Positions 23,255-33,412 of a stretch of 33,412 nucleotides of DNA are shown here, piece by piece (positions within the stretch are counted from its first letter, which is position 1; every line of letters begins with the position of its first letter). The translations under genes and the position numbers were made by a program. The notes under the pieces were generated by a model, which did no database searches, had not been told where the DNA came from, and saw only the letters and a program-made list of their open reading frames with translations. The DNA comes from Vermamoeba vermiformis (Eukaryota). The stretch is taken from contig JBEWZL010000300.1 in the NCBI GenBank assembly GCA_045837725.1, forward strand, positions 558,001 through 591,412, given 5' to 3'.

Positions 23255-23417
23255 ACAGCGACATTTGAATAGGAACTCTACTTTGACGCATTTATTACTG
23301 TAGCATCGATGTTACGCTATCACGAGTAATTACCACGTTCGACCATTCAACCATCCCGGCGTCGTACTTTGGAGCTCTTCTACGATCTAAACACGATCTA
23401 TTGCTCGAACCCGTCTT

Positions 23418-24300
23418 CTATGCATGACCGCTGCTCGTGTTATCTCGCGCAGGACTCACAACGAGATAACCACGCGGCTGTTTGCTCATTCCATCGACGC
23501 GTGTCATCAACAAACATAACGCATCTATATTGATCCAATGAGGTGACACTCGATGTCTTCAACAAGAGGTGCGTTAATACGATGTTATGTATGTGAAAGT
23601 TGTTGAGGAGTACTTACGCCGCCACATCTAGGATCAACACTGTGTTCGAAGGTTTATGGTAAGCAGCGAGGGGACAAATGTGCCCTGCCGTAAATTTGCG
23701 ATATCGACGCCAGAAGTTGAATATAATAAACTTCTTGGCATTTTCTCCACTGTTATCCGCACAAAACACCTCTTCTAGATCGCGAAGAAAGTGTTCCTTC
23801 AAAACCTCCATGTCTGATAGGTTCACTCGCTTAACAGACGCTGATAGACTCATCAACATATCTGCTACTTGGGCTAAAGTGAGGCCTGCAGTTTAGTGTT
23901 ATTCAAATTCGAAAGAAATTTAAAATATCAGAATAATTGAAAAATCAAATTAACGTATAGAAAAATTACCATATCTGTGAGAGTCATCGCTGGTCCAATA
24001 TTTTTGTCGGACTAATTTGTAGACGTCAGTTTGCGTTAGTTTCTTTGGATCAAGACCTGCTCGCATTGTATTTAATACAATTACTGCGCTTGCTATTCCA
24101 CAAAACGAGCCTTCGTCTTGTTTTTCATAATGGTTCATCAGTACATCATACTGACTCGTACGACTCTGGGCAGATTCGATCAGCAGTTGTTGACCAACGT
24201 CCGTACGCAACTTAACAATTGAAGACGAATAGTCCACATCTTTTGGGTCTGTCCATCCATAGTGTTCAACGCAATTGATAGGAGGTATTGTATCTTCCAT
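23418..24300 (-). CDS. Phytochelatin synthase-family (papain-like) protein, catalytic domain only, 3 exons
   Basis: QDEGSFCGIASAVIVLN (catalytic Cys), GLTLAQ, GHICPLAAYH (His), VLILDVA (Asp), PHWI...RGYLVV. The exact 3' end is less certain. Confidence 0.9.
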
Positions 24301-24819
24301 GACTCGGCAGAAACATTGCACGCGCGACAACGACATAACCAATATTTTTTGCAACCCGTTACAAGACCTCACGGCACGAATAATTGAATTGAACCGTACA
24401 GTATATTAATATACCACCTCTTCACGACTTTTCCGTGTAAAATCGGTCAAGCTGTACCTCCTGCGTAGGATTATAATCTTACAAGGAGCTAGCTCTCTCG
24501 GTGACAGTCCTCGAAGGGTAGGAAAGTAGATAGATTGGCCGAAGATAATCCTGGATCTGATCGGGTAAATAATGGCTTGCGGTCAGAGATTAAAACTTTA
24601 AATTTAAAATGACAATTAAAATCCATTATTTGACCTCTTTTTAATATTACGAAATGCGCAATGGAGATATTACAAATTTTCTTTTTGCGTGATTTTGTGT
24701 GAGGCTCCACGCCATTGGTCAGCCCTGTTGGAATGGGCGCAAAAGCGAAACGCTTAAATAAGTACGTGTTCATCGATCATATATATATTCCTCATTGAAT
24801 ATCTCTAACACAACACATC

Positions 24820-25454
24820 ATGTCTTTCAAAACAATCATTCTCGTGTCTTTTGTCTTGATCGGATTCGTTCTCGCTCAAGCCCCTACCTCTGCTGGTTGC
24901 AGTTGTAACGACAACCTCTGCGCGTGCTGTGCTGAAATCCCGGGCATTGAAACAAATGTCTGCGCTAACCTTCAATGGTTCGCTAGTAACCAAGTATGTT
25001 CCTATTAAAGATCGATCCTTCCGAAGCTTTTCTCTCGTGTACAAAAAGCTCATAATTTATTTATAGACCCTCCAAGTTGCCGCTACTTTCGCTGGTGCCA
25101 ACATTTTGAACTCTCCCTTCTCTAGTAAGTAGGAAAGATATTTTCTAATTTTCGAAATTGGGATTACAAGTACCCGTACCTCCATTTGAGGTCTATAATT
25201 TACCTTTACCAGAAATATTGCTAACTTAGATTTTCCTTTGCACGTTAGAGTCTCAGCCCTCGCAATGCGTCGTCTTTTTCCTCAACAAGGTTAAAATCTG
25301 CATCAACTTGGAAGATTTCGTTGCTCAAAAGCAAGGTGCTTGTGGTTGCTTCGATGTTACCGGCAATGCCTTCGGTGTTGACGTCAAGGCTCCTTTGGGT
25401 TGCTTCGTTGTTGGATCAAACCCCACATGCACCGTTCCTCCTTCACCCTTTTAA
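24820..25454 (+). CDS. Small secreted Cys-rich protein, DUF4773-like, 3 exons
   Basis: Signal peptide, then GCSCNDNLCACC...VCANL; spliced C-terminus QC...KICINL...GACGC...LGCF ending PPSPF-TAA. The family call is from the Cys pattern. Confidence 0.7.
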
Positions 25455-25679
25455 GACACGTGTACTTTGTTATCAATAGCGCTATTAAACAGCCGCTTAC
25501 CTAGTACGTACCTTATTAACAGCTATTTTTTGGTCCGCCAATCACTTTCGTTCTTTTTTTTATTTTTAGCCAACCAATCCCGTGCGTTTTATCTTTACAA
25601 CCAAACATAAATTCCATTTTTTGTTGTTTATTTCATTCAAGGTTAACAAGCAACATCGCATCTCTACAATAATAAACAA

Positions 25680-26255
25680 ATGGAATACAAAGTTGTTCTC
25701 ATGGGTTCTGGCAGCGTCGGCAAGAGCGCCATTACGATTCAATTTATCAACAACCACTTCATCGACTGCTACGATCCCACAATCGAAGATAGCTACAGAA
25801 AGCAAATCGTCTGCGACGACGAAAGCTGCTTACTCGATATCTTAGACACAGCCGGCCAAGAAGAGTACAGTGCTATGCGAGATCAATACATGCGCTTCGG
25901 CTCTGGTTTCATGCTTGTCTACTCGATCACCTCTCGCTCGACGTTCGAAGAAGTTCAAACTCAATTCCACGATCAGATTCTTCATGTCAAAGAGCTCGAC
26001 AAATGCCCAATGGTGCTGATCGGAAACAAGAGTGATCTGGAGAACATGCGCGAAGTCACAACTGCTGAAGGACAACAACTTGCCAAGCAATACGGCATTC
26101 CCTTCTTCGAGACTAGCGCTCTTGGTCACATTAACATTGACGAAAGCTTCCGAGCTTTGGTTCGCGAGATTCGCAAATTCAACAACAGGGAATCTGGCGA
26201 CGCGAAAGCCACTAGAAAGCGCGTCAAGAAGATGAAGAAGTGTAAGATTTTGTAA
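25680..26255 (+). CDS. Ras-family small GTPase, intronless
   Basis: [33 protein letters not shown], polybasic tail and CaaX (CKIL). Confidence 0.97.
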   Translation: MEYKVVLMGSGSVGKSAITIQFINNHFIDCYDPTIEDSYRKQIVCDDESCLLDILDTAGQEEYSAMRDQYMRFGSGFMLVYSITSRSTFEEVQTQFHDQILHVKELDKCPMVLIGNKSDLENMREVTTAEGQQLAKQYGIPFFETSALGHINIDESFRALVREIRKFNNRESGDAKATRKRVKKMKKCKIL

Positions 26256-26733
26256 ATCTTTACCTTCTCATCACCACATGTACTATAGCTTGCGAAACAA
26301 TTTTGTAAATAAATGTAAATTATTAGATTGACGTCGAGACCCAGTTTTGAATTCTTACATCGCCTAATGATTGATATAATTAACTTGTTGCAAATAAAAT
26401 CAAATGGCTGCGCGGGCTGGAAGCGGCAAGGCAGCACCGTCGGACAATCACCCTCGTTGAAGAATTTTTAGCGGATGAGTACGGCCCTTTGCAATATCTA
26501 TCGATCTACTTTGGCAGCCTCGTCTGCACAATAGCGGTTGGTTTTGCAATCCTAACTGTTTTAAAAGCGTTGGTGGTCTTTTCTAGATTTGCCCGCAATC
26601 TTGAGTGTAACGCGTTCGAGAGTTACGCGCGAATTTGAATTGCAATTGTAGTTCTACCTAGTGCGAATTACAGGTTAGTACAAATCAATGTAGCTTGATA
26701 AGCTAGAAATGTTTATTGAGTTCATTTGGTAAT

Positions 26734-29098
26734 TTAACTGTGCTGAGAATTCACATTGAAAGACTCAAGTGTTGAGCCAAGAGGTCCCAGGAACTCCTCC
26801 ATGTTCGTAACAATGGCAAGAGGATAAGAGGTCAGCTCTACCAGCCTCTCTACAAATGAGTCTTCCTCTTGTTGGTTTGTTACAATCAAAACCAGGGTAT
26901 TATGGCTAAGCTTAGTCAGAAATTTCTTCGCTTCTCCATCAGTTGTTTTGCATGCATGCTGCAGAGTGCTATAAAAGTCACGAACACTATTAGCAACTTC
27001 AATTGCTGTAAGCTTGGAAATGCCACTGGTAAATTTGGTCTGATGTGCAAGCAACAACAGCTCTGCCTCCTCATCTTCGTTTTCAGGGGGCATAGTGAAG
27101 AATTGAAAGCCATCGATGCCTGAGGCACCTGCTGTATTTAAAAAAGCCTTCTTTTCAAGTTCCTTCAAGTTAAGTGCACCTCCTCTGCAAACAGGCCACG
27201 GCAACTTAGCTGAGGGCCAACAATGTGTTAATGAGAGAAATTTCTGTTCTTTCAGTAGTATCTGCCTGTCCTCCATAGCATCTTGCTCTGTATTTACAAA
27301 CTGGGCACCAGGTAGCAATTCACTCAGTTTGAATGTTCTTGGCTCCAAGACTGGTTAAGGCTTGCACACGCAGAATTTGTGCCATTAACAAGACTTTCTC
27401 AAAGTCTGCACATGACAATTCATTAGCAGGATCATGCAAGTGTGCCCACAAATTCTCCAAGCACAGGACAGGTGCAGATTGTGAAAGGAAGATGAATGGG
27501 ATTGTGGGATACAGAATGTTGCCTCTTTTCTTGCACTGAATGATGCCACGAGAAAGTATGTCTTCTAATGTTATGCCATCAAACACTTTTGCTGATGGTG
27601 CATAGGGCCATCCACTAAATGCCCAGTGTTGTGCTGCCATTGCTATTTGAATCCCTGATTCAGTTCTGTCTTCAATTTTGAAGTGTTCTTGTGCAAATGA
27701 ACGTAACTGTTCTGCAATAATGCTGAAATCAAGATTGAATTTTGGGTCACTGCAGAGGCCAAAGAGCTTTTCAAGTATCCAAGGAATGCCTCCACTGTCT
27801 GACAGTAAACGTCTTAATTGTTTGTTGTTTTTCCCATGGTGTACATGTTGGAGCCAACCAAGCTTGCCTTCAGCCACTGCAGTGTCAATCAACTCATCTA
27901 CTTCAGTCATTGTTAAGAGAGAAAGGTCAATTGGTTCCACAGGACCTTCAGCAGCCCCGTTATCTTTCATCAGTGCATCACTGAATGACTCAAACAGTGT
28001 GCCACTGAGCAGCAACAGTGAGAATGTTGGAGCAAACTTTGCATAGACAGAAGTGAGGATAGTGATTGCGTCTACAGCCACACCATGAGGAAGCAGGGAT
28101 TGGAATTCATCAACATGCCAATATAATGTCAATTTGTTGTTTGGAGTTGAGTACACTTTGACTAGATAATTAGCAAGCTCTTTGATTGAGAACCACTCTG
28201 GTGGATTGCAATTCCACTTTCTTACAAGAGATGCAAAAAAGTCTTCTGGTGCCTCGTCAATCTTGAAGAATGCATAAATTGCTCGTGTCACCAGCAACCA
28301 CTCAGCTAACTGTTTGTTTGGCACGCTTAAGTCAGAGTTAGTGATTCTAGAGCAATTTCCAAACGTGATGGGAATGCGCAGAACATTGGCCAAGTATTTG
28401 TTTAGTTCTTCAGGGGTATTGGGATCCAAGCAAGCTCTTTCGGCAAGTAGTGAAGGCAGCTGAAAACCAAATCTCGTTTTGCCAATTCCCGGTGGACCGG
28501 TGGCAAACAAGCGGTAATGATGGTTGCGTTCATCGTACTGATGTGCCTTCCAACTAGTGTAATGCAACGTCACCGCCTTCCACGCTTTATCGACGGCGTG
28601 TGTCCTTCCCACTAAAGGCATAGTCGTGTCGAGTACGTGCATCTGCAAAAATTTAGCGGATTTGATTTTTTGATGTTCGCCGCTTATCTTACTTCGCTTC
28701 TTCTTTCATATGGAGCCAAAAATGATGCCATATCGGAAAGCCATCGAACTTTACGACGAATTGGCATTACAATGTATCTGCCTGCAAAATTGAATCCGAT
28801 CAGATCAGTTCGATTTAATCGCCAATATTCTTAGATAAATGAACAAATATTATAATATGTTTTGCAAAAAGTAAATTAAGTCGTACTCCAAAGATTTTCT
28901 CTTTTCGGGATTCGCCTCTGGTCTTGCGTCGCATCCTTTTTTTGCTTGGTGGCCGTAAGCTCACGTGTGCTTCTGTAATTATTGGCATTTTTTGGGCTCT
29001 GGCAAGGTGGCTTAAAAGCTATAAAAGATTAGCTTAGCTAGATATTGTTTTAATGTCTTACGTCGGCCATTCCGTCGTTTTGTGGGAGTATTGCTCAT
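26734..29098 (-). pseudogene. Crinkler-type P-loop NTPase + PD-(D/E)xK-like nuclease gene with one frameshift near 27335 (pseudogene or assembly error)
   Basis: PLVGR, Walker A GPPGIGKT, Walker B YWHVDEFQ, LLLSGT, DSGGIPW; C-terminal N.AGASGID...LLLAHQTK in a different frame. Three short 5' exons splice in from ATG 29098 (less certain). Confidence 0.7.
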
Positions 29099-29774
29099 TT
29101 TGTTGAATTATCTGTTATCTTTTTCGTTTTCCTGAGCTAAAATAGCGGGACACTTGCAGCCGACAAAACGGACGTGACGGATCGACCAATGGCTTCGTGC
29201 TGGTGCAAGTTTGGGAACACGATGCATCGGCCTTGCTCGACTAATGGCAGCACCAAAGCTTCTTTATTGAGCAGCCTTATATCGGCCAGCACCGTCGGTT
29301 ATTGTCTGTTCGGTAGTCAGTCACGAACAGTCCTCGAAGGTATTGACGTTTGCAGCGTCGTGACTTGCACAGTTCGGCACTTCAAATCACGATTGTCTCG
29401 GGACTCCTGCTCGGCACTTGGGCTGGCTAGGTTCGTGGTTTTGGTGCGCTTGTAGTATTGATCCTCATCGTCAAAGTCGTCTTCATTCTTATCTTCTCTT
29501 CTGGTGGGGACTTAATTGCGATTTCCACGAGCACAAAGCCTCCGTCTGTGTCTTATTGGGAACTTTTCTTGTTCAAATTAGCGTGAATGTGAGGGTGCAA
29601 GTTGTTGATGCACGAGTCGATTTTGACTTTGTTGTCGTCCTCCGCATCGGTGCGCAAAAGGAAGGTGGTGGTTGGCGTCTTCAGGGGTTTGAATCTGCAC
29701 TTATGGGCACAGAGCATCTTCTATCTGTACTGTGCACCAGTGTCTCGTCGCTAGCAAACAACCGAAAGCTGCGC

Positions 29775-31098
29775 TTAGATATTTGTTCTTGAGGATTCAA
29801 CTACCTTTGCGTCGTGTTTCCCAGCCTTGCTGTCGCCAATCGAAAACAGCACAAAGCCGCAGATGATCAACAAGGCACCTCCAAGTCTAATCCAACTGAA
29901 TGGCGTGTCTAGGAACAGCGTGTTGATCAAAAAGCTTGCAGGAATGGTGCACATGGTCGCGATGCGCATGAAGAGCGGAGAGGTCAGAAATATGCCAAGA
30001 TTGAGCAAGTAGTTGAAAGCAAGGGCAGATAACGCGTTTACGATGAGCAAGCCAATGTTGAACAAGCTGAACTTGTCGGCACTGAGCGTCTCAATGCCGA
30101 GGTAATGAAGCAACAAAATGCCAGGCCAGAACAGCACCAAGTCCCAAAATCCAATCATCGCAAGGAACAAATTGACCGCGGACAAGCTCAAGTCATTCAA
30201 CAGCTTCTTGTACAGCACCATGTAGAGTGCTGTTGCAATCGTAGAAATTAACACGAACAAATCGCCCAGCAGAGGATTCGAGCCACTCTTGCCGTCATCG
30301 GCTTGTTTGTCGGCCAAGGCAATGAGAATAGCACCGCCAATGCAGCCCTAGAAGCGTATACAAGGTCGTTAGAGACACGTAAAAGCCATCGTTTGATCAT
30401 GATCACTGACGCGCTTGACGAAGATAACTCGGTGTATGTAAAATTATTATATACACGTACACGTCAATGGTATTATTTTAATGTTGATGACTTACGACAA
30501 TGCTGATCACTTTGAGTGCGGTGATCTTTTCCTTTAGTACTACAATTGACAAGATGAATACAAGCACTGTTGCAACTTGTTCTAAACTGAGAGTAGACGC
30601 CGCGTTTGTCAAAGCTAAGCCAAGACCCTAAACAAATCAGCATATTAGATGTGTCGTTAGAGTTGAAATACAATAACGTACATAGATGTAATTGGCGAGT
30701 AACCAAAATGTTGCAAATAAAATTGCACTGAAAAACATTTTTTTAAATGTGATCTTGGCGGCCGTGGTTTCAGACTGTACGGATTGAAAATAATCTTCAA
30801 AAATATTTCCACGCAATGAAATATTATTAACTTGATTTTCTTCAACATTTTTGTCGCCTTGTTGCGCTATTGGTATGTACTGCGGGCTGTTTTGGCGTAA
30901 TCCTCTTCGGATCGCGAAGCTGGAGAAGCCAAAAATTCCCAAAAACAACAGCCAAGATGTGTTGAGGTACGTTATAAAAAAAGGGTTGTTCATATTATAT
31001 TTGATCAGCAGACTTTGACCTAAATACGTCCCACTAACTGCCAACGCGACAACCGCTAGGGCAAGTGTGAATCTGCCAATCCGCTGTAAGAACGACAT
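29775..31098 (-). CDS. SLC35F/EamA (DMT superfamily) transporter, multi-exon
   Basis: NNPFFITYLNTSW; FWLLANYIY; GDLFVLISTIATALYMVLYKK; LTSPLFMRIATMCTIP; multiple hydrophobic helices. Confidence 0.88.
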
Positions 31099-31209
31099 AT
31101 TATAATATGCACACAATTAAGCTGATATGTGTTCAATCAGCAAGTGAAGCGTTTGAAAAGAATCTTCGTTATTTTTATTTGAAGCGTAAACAAAGCACAA
31201 GCACAAAGA

Positions 31210-32858
31210 ATGGAACCACTTCCAGAAAAAGACGACGAAACACCTCAAAATAACAATAATAACGGCTCTATTCCCATTTCGCCTCGAAGCACAGAAAAGA
31301 CCAAATCCGCTTCACCTAGAAAATCGGGTCTTAGAAGTTCCATTGAGTCAATGGTACGTTGAGAATTCATTTGTATATTTTTTCGATTATTGTAAGCATT
31401 ATTGGAGTAATAAGCAGATAATTCTTGCATTTTTACTGTAATCTGGAAATTTTAATTTATTTCACTCCCGTTCAGTATGCGGAGGCGATCCTCAACCTTA
31501 AAGCAAGCACCTCGAGCGCCGATAGAGAGAAGCTAAAAATCGCTCTCCAAACGATCAAGATGTACATAGACAATATTGTAAAGGATCCGAAGAATGAAAA
31601 ATTCAGGAACATCAATAAGAACTTCAAAGCTTTTAGAGAAAAAATCAACACCCTTCCTGGTGTCACTACGTTATTGTATTTAATTGGATTCTCAGAGAAC
31701 GGCGATACATTAACATTAGCCGAACCTGACGAACCGGTAAGAATTGAAATTAATTCTGTAAATATCACAATAATTACTAATAATCGTTCTATTTATTTCT
31801 ATTAGGGTGTTAGCAATTTGCAATTTTTGAGCGCTGAACTGGCCAAACACACAGCTGCAGAACCCGAACCTAAAAAAGTTTACTTTGATGCTGGCGATGG
31901 AGAACTTCGTAAGAAATACGCGCGCAAATATTTACGGACGACTTTTTGATGATTTTTACAGTTGATTCAAATTTCACATTGGACATTCTCGGTAACAAAG
32001 TGCCGGTACTGCCTTTGCTCAGAGGTCGACAATGGAAAGCCATAAATACAGCTGTTACTATACCCGTAAGCACTCGTGCAATAGCGTTCGTTCGTGTATT
32101 AATTCCGCTTCGTAGCTCATGGAGGCAAGCAATGACACTATGAAGCGCCACTTGCCCGTCGTTACTTTTGGTCACGTCTTCCCGTACGTAACGCGGTTAT
32201 TACCAAGCATACTTGTGATGTTAATATAGTACTACTAGGCCACGAGTGTCTTACATGCGAAAAGAAGGTCTCGTTCTCATTGGAAAGTCAGTCAAAGAGC
32301 TCGAAAAAGCTGCGTTGAAAAATTTAAAGGACATCAAATATTCATGGAAAGCGAATGAATTCCAAGTTAACGAAGTGAAACTACCGACACTAGTTTGCAA
32401 CGAAAACTTCTCAGCTGAAAAGATTTTGGACCCCGAGTTCTTGATGGAAGCTGAGTCCCTCTTAGTCAAAACGCATACATCAATTTTCGGCATGGGAACT
32501 GAAGACGTAAGAATACGCAACTCTTATAATGCTCGTATTAACCACGCTGTCTTTAGTCAATTGCTGTCATTATTCCATGCGTAGGAGCGTTAGTGGCAAT
32601 GAAATTCGAAATGTCACTGATCCCTTACCTTCGTGGGCTGTCACAAGCGTTGTACGATCAAGCCGAAGAGCCTCACAAGCTGACAACCGCAGTGTTCACT
32701 GTCTTGGTAAGTACCCTATGTATAACATCGATAGTATTGCATTTGTAATAAGTGTGACCGCGTACTAACTGCGTGACCAGAGCGGTAGAATTATCGGACG
32801 AGTGTCCTTCAAAGACGAGAATCTCGATGACTTGGAGAACTTGAACTTGTCTGACTAA
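31210..32858 (+). CDS. PUB-domain protein with a C-terminal domain reminiscent of bacterial DUF1444; multi-exon
   Basis: PUB motif ALQTIKMYIDNIVKDPKNEKFRNIN..FKAF.EKI...G...LL..IGF. Exons splice in frame to ELEKAALKNL...SAEKILDPEFL...IAVIIPCVGALVA...LYDQAEEPHKLTTAVF...SGRIIG, ending NLSD-TAA. Confidence 0.8.
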
Positions 32859-33101
32859 ACTGGGAGTTGCACCGATCACGTGCTGATATAATATATACCT
32901 CTATTAAAATGTAAAAAGTTGAAAAAGATTAGATCCGATTGCGGAAATGAAACTTCGCAAAATGCTAAGATAAACAAGCACTAAGACAGCTTGTACGCGT
33001 AAAAAAGATTTTTCGAAGTTTACAGTCATTACGCGTTTGAAAGGTAAAAAAGGGGAACGACAATTCTGGTGTAAACAATTTAAAAAATCACCCGCAACAC
33101 C

Positions 33102-33412
33102 ATGCGAGGCCGCTCACTGCTCGTAATCGGCGTTGTATTGCTGATTGCAGTGCTAGTCTCAAGTGAAAGGGTTAAGATTACGGAGCAAAAGCCAGATGCA
33201 CTAGAGCAGTTGATCGGCAACTCGTATTTGAGCCAATTTATTTCAACAAAATCAACCATTGATATTAAAAAATTCTCCGTTGGCTCTAAGGTATAAATTA
33301 CAAACTGGAAGATCCGAGATCATTTTCAAATTTTCCCATTTTCGAATTCAAATTTAACAGTTGCATTAATTCTAATCACAACACCATTAGGCTAGAAAAG
33401 CATCCGACGACT
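33102..33412 (+). CDS. Partial gene (5' end) for a secreted or membrane protein
   Basis: Signal-peptide-like MRGRSLLVIGVVLLIAVLVSS; donor AAG|gtataa; acceptor attag|GCT AGA AAA near the window end. Confidence 0.6.

Noticed and set aside
1-33412. CRISPR arrays, tRNA genes or prokaryotic operons
   Set aside because: None seen; spliceosomal introns throughout show the DNA is eukaryotic.

Overview
Gene-dense, intron-rich eukaryotic genomic DNA with short GT-AG introns and CTAAC/CTGAC branch points. The gene content (class C GPCR, Zn2Cys6 factor, DUF4773-like protein, Ras, Crinkler-type NTPase) suggests a protist, plausibly an amoebozoan; this is inference. I spliced about 15 host genes by hand: partial Zn2Cys6 TF, pallidin/BLOC1S6, RhoGEF DH-PH-C2, ANK-ZnF-F-box-LRR protein, small hypothetical, KIFBP, a 59-aa microprotein, class C GPCR, FAM172A/Arb2, short phytochelatin synthase, DUF4773-like, Ras, a frameshifted CpG-depleted NTPase-REase, SLC35F-like transporter, PUB-domain protein, and a partial secreted protein. 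Two mobile-element structures stand out. (1) One oversized RhoGEF intron holds a complete 5S rRNA gene, with a 5'-truncated non-LTR retrotransposon inserted head-to-head and flanked by a perfect 10-bp target-site duplication ending 2 nt before the 5S +1. This is a candidate 5S/Pol III start-site-targeting LINE. (2) A 3054-bp TA-flanked IS630/Tc1-type DNA transposon with 30-bp TIRs encodes an intact, spliced DD37E transposase and a convergent spliced cargo gene (Zn knuckle + RING finger). Exon boundaries were read by eye and family calls come from motif recognition, not database searches.
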